A stretch of 64,000 nt of DNA from Chrysemys picta bellii. Lineage: Eukaryota. The notes under the pieces are model-generated. The model was not told where the DNA came from, ran no database searches, and saw nothing but the letters and a program-made list of their open reading frames with translations. Of this stretch, positions 57,217 through 64,000 are shown in pieces. Position numbers and translations under genes: made by a program. Numbering within the stretch: position 1 is the first letter of the stretch; every line of letters begins with the position of its first letter. The stretch lies in contig NC_088797.1 of assembly GCF_011386835.1 (NCBI RefSeq), positions 5,332,001 to 5,396,000 on the forward strand, given 5' to 3'.

Positions 57217-57233
57217 GTCACCAGATGGCACTA
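57217..57233 (+). promoter_or_regulatory. CTCF-like motif
   Basis: GTCACCAGATGGCACTA is close to the CCACCAGRKGGCRCTA consensus; motif match only. Confidence 0.35.
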
Positions 57234-57239
57234 TACATA

Positions 57240-58860
57240 CAGATGATCTTGTATGAGTGATAGTGTGACTGGGTCATTAGCAAAACTAGACAATCTATCT
57301 CTGTGTTGTTTAGTGGAAGTCTTGAATTTGCAAACTGCTCCAGCAGAGTCGATAAATCATTTATAGCTACGCTGAAAAGGCTTAGGCTCAGATTACATCC
57401 CTGTGTTATTCCCCTCTCTTGCCTTAGGGCTGTTTGAAAATTGTTTATTTTTCTTCTGTATTGATAGGTTGGTAGATTGATATAGTGTCATGTTTTTTCA
57501 CTAATTCCAGTTAGTATCAATTTACGAGTCAATCCTGGGTGCCAGACTGAATCAAAAGCTTTTTTAAAAGTTACAAAAAGCAGAAAACTCTCATCCCCTT
57601 TTATTTTTTAATATGTTTGTTGATCATCTGCTGGGTGAAATGCAATCAGTGGCTTAATACAGTTTGGCTTTTTATTATTACATTGTTACTGGCTAGACTC
57701 AAATGTATTATTGTTTTCATTGGGGGTGCTACAGAACAGTTGATGATGATATCGGTAATATAACGACCTCCGAGATTGTCTGAGTCGAGGGTCTCTCTCT
57801 GCTTTTGGAATTATTAGTCCATCTGACCTTTTCTGAGGGAAGTGTCGACATTGGGGAGGTTGGGCTAAAAATGTAAAAGGCTTTTTAAATGATTTCTATG
57901 TTGTGTTTCAGTATCAATTTGAGATGGAAGTAAATTTACAAAGGCAAAAATGGCAGCCAAGCACCTAATTCCTACAGACTGCTAATGCAAGTTGGGCTCC
58001 TAACTGCCATTAGTGTCTTTGTAAATATTACCTATATTTTCTGAATTTGTGTTTCTGAAGGATTTTCTTGAGTTTGAGTATTGTGAAAGGGATCTCCGGA
58101 ATGGTTTGGTGGTTTTAAACCGCATCTTCAAGTCGAATCTTTTTAAAAATTATGCTCTTGTGTTCTTGAATAAAGTTTGGGGTTGGATTTCTTCATATAG
58201 ATCTTGGAAAGAACTGTTTTGTCCAGATTTTACTACTGTGTATTCCTAAAGTTTTTCTTTTTTATTGGGTTTAAATTCTTGACAGGTTTGCCAATAGAAA
58301 TTGTTGCCCAATGCGTCTTTGATTTGTGCTAAATATTTTAAAATGGGATCTATTTTTTTATTATTCCTGTCGAAGCACTAATTAGTAGTGTTGTGGTGTG
58401 GTGAGTATGAGATATGTTAGCTTCAAGTGTTTGTTTCAGTGTTTTAATTTGGAGAGTTCCTTTGTTTTTCCCCTTTGCTTATGACAGCCTATATCAAACT
58501 CTTTTTCTTCTTTTTTCTTTTTGAATGTTCAGTCTTCTTTTGCTGGTTGTATGGTTAGGGATTGCTTTGATGCTCTGCTGAGAACTCTGTGTAGGTCTTT
58601 TGCATCGATGTTTATGTCATTTGCCTGTTGGTCAAAGTGTTTGTTCAGGTTATCTATGACTAGAGTTTCAGGGCTCTTTTGTATTTTTCTTTTGATTCTT
58701 GTGCCCAAATATATTTTGGGCAATCTGTGTTGGTTTTGAGGTATGTTGTTTGTTGATGGTATAATTTAAGAATACAAAAGCTGGTTTGCAGTGGTCTGAT
58801 AAATATGGCTAATGTCTCAACACACGCAGACTCCCCTTGCACACACATTTACATGCAGAC
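57240..58860 (-). mobile_element. Ancient non-LTR retrotransposon ORF2 fossil (reverse transcriptase); upstream limit approximate
   Basis: Minus strand encodes FVTFKKAFDSVWHPGLTRKL (~57505-57575), GITQGCNLSLSLFSVAINDL (~57355-57415) and a frameshifted CL.FANDPVTLS (YADD-like) near 57265-57295. Confidence 0.65.
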
Positions 58861-58959
58861 TCTCTTTTTCTTGTTCAGACACAGACTTATTCCCATTAAA
58901 CTCAATGAAACTGTTTACAACGTTAAGAATTCCTTGTGCATCATTGTGACAGGATTGGA

Positions 58960-59330
58960 AACATAGGAATTGCCAGGCGGAGCAGACCCAGAGTCCATCT
59001 AGTTCAGTATCCTGTCTCCAAGACTGGCCAGCACCAGATTCCTCAGAAAAAGCAACCTTGCATTAGGCAGATGTGGGATAATATGCCCCCCCCATTAGTT
59101 AGTGATTAGTTTTCACCCCAAAACTTGAGGGCTTATATCTCTTCCAAAACATCTGTTTGCATTAACTGAAAGCTCTGGATATTCTTGTTTTCCATACAAA
59201 TATTCAATCCCTGTTTAAATCTTGCTAAATTTTTGGCTTCAACAACGTTCTATGGCAATATGTTCTACAGTTTAATTGTGCATTGTGTGAAAAAGTATTT
59301 CTTTTTGACTTGCCACTTTTTAATTAGGCC
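58960..59330 (-). mobile_element. Old CR1 3' fragment (approximate)
   Basis: aaacataggaattgcc...gtccatctagttcagtatcctgtctc...ttgtgcattgtgtgaaaaagtatttc. Confidence 0.6.
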
Positions 59331-59739
59331 CTAACTATTGTTACCCCTTTTGAGTGCCCACCCGATAACTCTGGGTTTTGTAGGTTGGCCCAGTTAGGAG
59401 GAGAAATTGATGAGGGAGTTAGGTACCTTGATGCAGTCTTGTTTGTTTACAAAGAATGTACAAAGTCCTGTTTCCCTGAACACACGAGGAACCAAACAAC
59501 AGCTGCTAATCCTCTCTTAGCCAGACCCCAAAATCCTCTTACTAGCTTCTCTCAGGGCCACACACCATGCTTATCCAGGCTGTGTCTGTAGCTTCCTTTC
59601 CTTCAGTTTCTGTGTGCTTTTCTTATTGTCTTCCCCCCATCCAGTGCCAGAATCAAGTTTTGCATCCAGATGAGGTGAAGCGGTGGTGGACTGGACAGCA
59701 AGCCCACCATGCATTCTCCTGGCAGTGGCGGTTCTTGTC

Positions 59740-60100
59740 CCAATGCTCAGCCCAGCTCCCCACTCTGAACGTTGCCACCTGGAGCCCGGCCACTCTTCCA
59801 TCATGACAGAGGGGCGACTGGGTTAATTTTGAGTGTGTGGCATTGCGGCATGGTATATGGGATTGCAGTGCCACATCACAACACCCGGAACAAGAAGCCA
59901 GGCCCAATCTGTGGGACTGCAGCAGCTGCTATCGAATGAGTGTGGGGCTGGTTTTCTCAATAGCCCTGTGTGAAAATTTGTGTCAGACTCCTCCTTTTGT
60001 GAATTGCATGATATGCTTGAAAAGGCACACGCATGCACTCCTAGCCTATCAATTAGCTCCGCCAGTATCCACCCACATTCATTCAGCCAATACTTGGTGA
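59740..60100 (+). mobile_element. Degenerate RTE-like APE endonuclease fragment
   Basis: LNVATWSPATL resembles L.IATWNVRTL; SVGLVFSI...LAYQLAPP resembles GVGFAI...SAYAPT; interrupted by stops and frameshifts. Confidence 0.4.
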
Positions 60101-61399
60101 AGGCCTTCGCCCACATACTTCACATTTCCGAGTGGCCTTGGACATGCCTTTGTTGTGAGTGGACACTGATATTTCATAAAGGAGCTTAACTGTTTTTACT
60201 ATCTTAAATGATGGACATCAGCTCACCCACCAGATTCAATGAGGTTTAGCCCAACCTATAACAGTATGTTGCTATGAGTGAAAAGAGAATAAGACAGTTG
60301 ATTTTACTTTCAATGTGGTTTTCTATTATTGTTAAAGTGATGCATTTTGTTTTGGCAATTATATGTGAAAACCTAGTTAATTTCTTTTTCAATTTTTGTC
60401 TAAATATTTAGCCCACAGTTTTCTAAATTTATGCATCTTTGTTCTTCCCTTACCTAGTGGTTGCTTGAAACAATAACTAGGAGGAGAGGAACCTAATTGT
60501 CTGCCTTTGGTCTTTAATGCCAAACGTGTTAGAATTCAGGGAGGTAATTCTTATATCACCAATTGTTATAAGAAGAAAATAAGGCTTAATTTGGTGGTAA
60601 TAATTCTAATTCGGATTAAGATCTCTAAAAGAATCCAAATAAATAAATTCCTATGTTGCAAAAAGTAGAGCTGAAATGGTCAGATGGGGAAATGGGATCA
60701 GAACTCCTGGGATGCTTCTTTATATTCACATTACTTCATCCATTCCAGAACAGGTATAGTGCTTGAAGAGGGGTAATGTAGATGCTCTTACATGGTTATT
60801 TAAATGGCGTAACATGCCATATTTATGCAGTTGTATTAGTTAATCCATTTTAAATAGTTCTGCTGTGCTTTTAGTGTGAACGTGGAGGGTATAGTTTGAA
60901 TAGAAAACTATCAGACTATTAACCTCAGATGATATGGTAGAAGCGAATAATATGTGAAGTATTTAGTCTTCAAAATATGCAAAGCTTTGTATTATCCAAA
61001 ATTCAGATCACAACTCAAATTTGTTTTTACAGGTTCCCTGATTTTCCTAAAGACCTTCATATAAAACTGAGGCTTGCCTCCATTCAAAAAGGACAATGCA
61101 GAGCTGCCCATCATTTCCTGACTGCGTTCTGAGCCTGGCACCTAGCCAGCTGCAGCTGCTGAGCTGAAGGTCTCCAGCAAGTTTATTGTTTTTCTTTTTC
61201 CTGTAAGGCCCAATCCTGTGAACACTTACACGCAGGAGTAACTTTAAGCATGTGAGCAGTTCCACTGACCTCAATGGGAGTACAGTAGCTCTCTATTGAC
61301 AGGCCCTCTGCCTCTTCACAATCCCACTGTAGCAGGTCATGTTTGTCTGTTCTTGTATCTGTGTGGTCCTAAATTCAGAAATAACAAGGAGAAAGTAAA

Positions 61400-61520
61400 A
61401 ACAATGAGGAGTTTGGTGGCACCTTAAAGACTAACAGATTTATTTGGGCATAAGCTTTCGTGGGTAAAAAAACCCACTTCTTCAGATGCATGGAGTGAAA
61501 ATTACAGATGCAGGCATTAT
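61400..61520 (-). mobile_element. Penelope-like element terminal fragment
   Basis: gtggcaccttaaagactaacagatttatttgggcataagctttcgtggg...cttcttcagatgcatgg, same family as 25979-26625. Confidence 0.75.
61448..61489 (-). ncRNA. Minimal type I hammerhead ribozyme with canonical core
   Basis: Minus strand: GCAT CTGAAGA A GTGGG ttttttta CCCAC GAAA GCT T ATGC. Stem I GCAT/ATGC, CUGANGA, stem II GTGGG/CCCAC, GAAA, palindromic AGCU stem III. Confidence 0.72.
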
Positions 61521-62439
61521 TATGAGGAAGAAAGTAATTATATTTATCATTTAGTTGAAAGGATTACCAAACTACAATATTGTATAAGCTCAAATTATCA
61601 CAAATGCCCAGACTTTTCACTAAAAATAAGAAGTAATGATGGGTGGACTGCTTTGACAAAAGAAGTCCTCCTACCCCTTTCTTCTGAACCGTAATCTATT
61701 TCTAGCACCGCGCCTATTCTCAAGAAGTGATCTGGATTGCACTGTGATGTGAAGTGCTACACCTGCAAATTGCCACAAGGTGACAGTGTTTCAGAGCAAT
61801 ATTGAAGCATAATTTTACCTCTCCTTTTTGTTGTTTTTTCACAGTGTAAAGTGAAACTATGGCATCACTAAATCCTAACTAAAATGATCAGGTACCGCCA
61901 AATTATCACTAAGCAACAGTTGTCGAAATGCTTAGGTAATTAAAGCCATAATTGTGGAAGTCTGGGGTAGGCTGCCTGAAATCACCATAGAGATGATTTT
62001 GCCTCTTTTTCATCTGTCCAAATTCATTGTTCTTAAATCAAGAATGCTTGTTTCTCCTTACGGATTGCCTGTGAATGTTCCCACTTGGGGGACGTTGGAC
62101 TCTGACCCTGGGAATTTCAGGATACCGGTGCCTCTTAGCGCCGACAAACACCATCTTGCAACACTCCTTGTGTAGAGCTGAGATTATAAAAGTGTCATGT
62201 GACCCTAGCCACCTACAGTCGTTCTTTCCCAAGCCCAGCGGTGGATGTAATGACCTTCTGTCAGTGCATGTAGCAACGTCTGATCCACAGCTCCCTTAAT
62301 TTCTAGCATATTAGGTACTTAGCTAGTTAACAAAATATTAGATAGTTTACATGATTTGGCATTTAGTTTATTCTGGGCCTTGGGTGCTCAGAGCTTTCGG
62401 TCAGGGCTGGTCCAATCTCCAAGGACTCAGATAAGCAGG

Positions 62440-62700
62440 GCAGATTTAAGTGATATGGGTTGTAGGCCTTCATGTTCCTGAAGCATATTGATTGTTTGTT
62501 CAGCCTGGGGGAAGAGCATTCCTCATATCACTGCTTGGTGCATAGAGCCTCCACACCCCAGGCCCACCCAGACAGGTTGTGGAGGCTGTGGGCCTTCCTT
62601 GCCAGCAGCCTCATGTGTCAGGTTGCTGGATCCAATGTCAGATCAGTCATCTGTCTCTATGAAGGGACAGAGCAGTCCATCTTGGGCTTCAAAGTCAGGG
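62440..62700 (+). mobile_element. Possible DIRS-like retroelement ORF1 fossil
   Basis: HIDCLFSLGEEHSSYHCLVHRASTPQAHPDRLWRL resembles the H..CL.CLGE.H...C..C..F.P....R..RL motif of vertebrate DIRS ORF1 (recalled, not searched). Confidence 0.35.
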
Positions 62701-63216
62701 ACAGTCCTGAGGTCAAAGTCCACTGCAGATAGATCAGGTTCCAGGGCAGTAGTGTAGGACCCAAGTCTTCTGCAGGACTGAAATCTCATTGGCACTGAGA
62801 ACATCCGCTTTAAGAAGTGAACCTGCCAATGCTAGAATTCCACCAGTGCCATGGCTGATTTTTCACTTATTAGGAACCCATTGATGTGGGTCCATCATTG
62901 GTGCCATTTGCTCTGCAGGTAGCTAAGAAATTGGATACTAAGGAAGCATTCGCAGTGACAAAGATTTCTCAGTGCCAAAAGCCAGTGTAGGTCCTCACTT
63001 AATCTACAGGTGTTCATTGATGCCAAGGAAATCGGTACAAGGTCCTTGTTGTTACCATCACCTCAGTCTCAAGTAATCCTCATTTCAAGGACACTTCAGT
63101 GCCTCTCTTCACTGCCATCAAACTAAAAAAAAGTTTTTAAAAAGGGTACCAAGAAATTTTTGGTATTGGAGCTCTGGGCACCATCTCAAAAGGGTGGGAG
63201 GAAGAAACGTCACTAT

Positions 63217-63488
63217 AGGTATGTCTGTAATGCAATCCAAGGAGTGATTGCAGCTCGGGTAGACATACCTGCTCCAGCTTTGCCTGGACTAGCATTGCTA
63301 AAAATAGCAGTGTAAATGTGGTGGTCCAGGCTTCAACACAGGCTGTACAAGCCCTCCTGGAACATGGGTATCTACTTGCATGGCCAAAGCCTGTGCCATT
63401 TCATCTAGGCGGCTATTTTTCGCAGTGCTAGTGCAGGTATGTCTACCTAGGCTGCGATCACAGCGTGGGTTGCAATAGAGACAGACCC
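63217..63488. mobile_element. Palindromic MITE (Harbinger-like), diverged
   Basis: Termini aggtatgtct / agacagaccc; internal inverted arms aaaaatagc / gctattttt and ggtagacatacctgc / gcaggtatgtctacc. Confidence 0.5.
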
Positions 63489-64000
63489 TGTGAGACTAGG
63501 GACGTTGTGGCTGAGATATCTACCATGGCGCCTTTAAGGCTGAGGACTCTTGCACCTCTTTTCTGCCCCAACATCTGTGTTTGGTGCAAATGTCAGAATG
63601 GATATTAGAGCATTGCTTTCTGAATCCAGGACCATCTGGAAGCATGGCATCCCTGGCCTTTGCATTGCAAATGCATACGTGTACATACCATGGACTAATT
63701 GTAGTATTTCAGCCATTGTAGTGTCTGATATTATGCTTAAGTATCCTTTGTACAGAATGACATTCCAAGCTGCAGTTTCTTCTCTCAAATGCCAGTTACG
63801 TTTTCTCAGACTGTTTGAAACCAGGCTGCAATGCTGGTACAGCTTGTTTAATTTTCCAGGCTGCCCTAACTTGACTTTGGAACTGATGATACTTGAGACG
63901 TTCGTTCTTTATCTTTCAGTTCACTGCTATGAACTGTTGAATGTAGCACTAAGATCTGTCCTAGATCTATGCTTCCTATCAAATTAATATATATCTCTGT

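Larger units (their letters stand above)
56756..61641. repeat. 75-bp inverted repeat pair (56756-56830 and 61567-61641)
   Basis: catcattacttc...tgtagtttgg is the reverse complement of ccaaactaca...gaagtaatgatg with a single mismatch. Confidence 0.9.

Overview
Vertebrate (reptile) genomic DNA. The repeat complement looks like a turtle's; this is inference. The window holds the 3' part of ATXN7 on the + strand: eight coding exons, 15771-29312, equivalent to human exons 6-13, plus a ~4.2 kb 3' UTR. The polyQ and earlier exons were not found and presumably lie upstream. The complete 8-exon PSMD6 (26S proteasome lid subunit Rpn7, 389 aa) lies on the - strand at 54010-43453, tail-to-tail with ATXN7 as in human. 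The rest is intronic or intergenic DNA with many transposons: hAT MITEs with 8-bp TSDs, CR1 and L2-like LINE ends, CORE-SINEs, Penelope-like element (PLE) fragments, and old RT, APE-endonuclease and DIRS-like fossils. There are two G/C-skewed minisatellites and one 187-N gap. Best leads: (1) four minimal type I hammerhead-ribozyme motifs in PLE fragments, one with a fully canonical core; (2) an alternative reading frame of the last ATXN7 exon that matches the human ATXN7b C-terminus; (3) a 75-bp, 74/75-identical inverted duplication 4.7 kb apart; (4) a 2.1-kb composite hAT element carrying a VNTR and a nested CR1; (5) a 1.7-kb VNTR abutting the PSMD6 promoter; (6) a GC-AG intron and an ARE in PSMD6; (7) a candidate internal first exon of ATXN7. 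All calls are by eye. Comparisons with human or with TE families are from memory, and no search was run.
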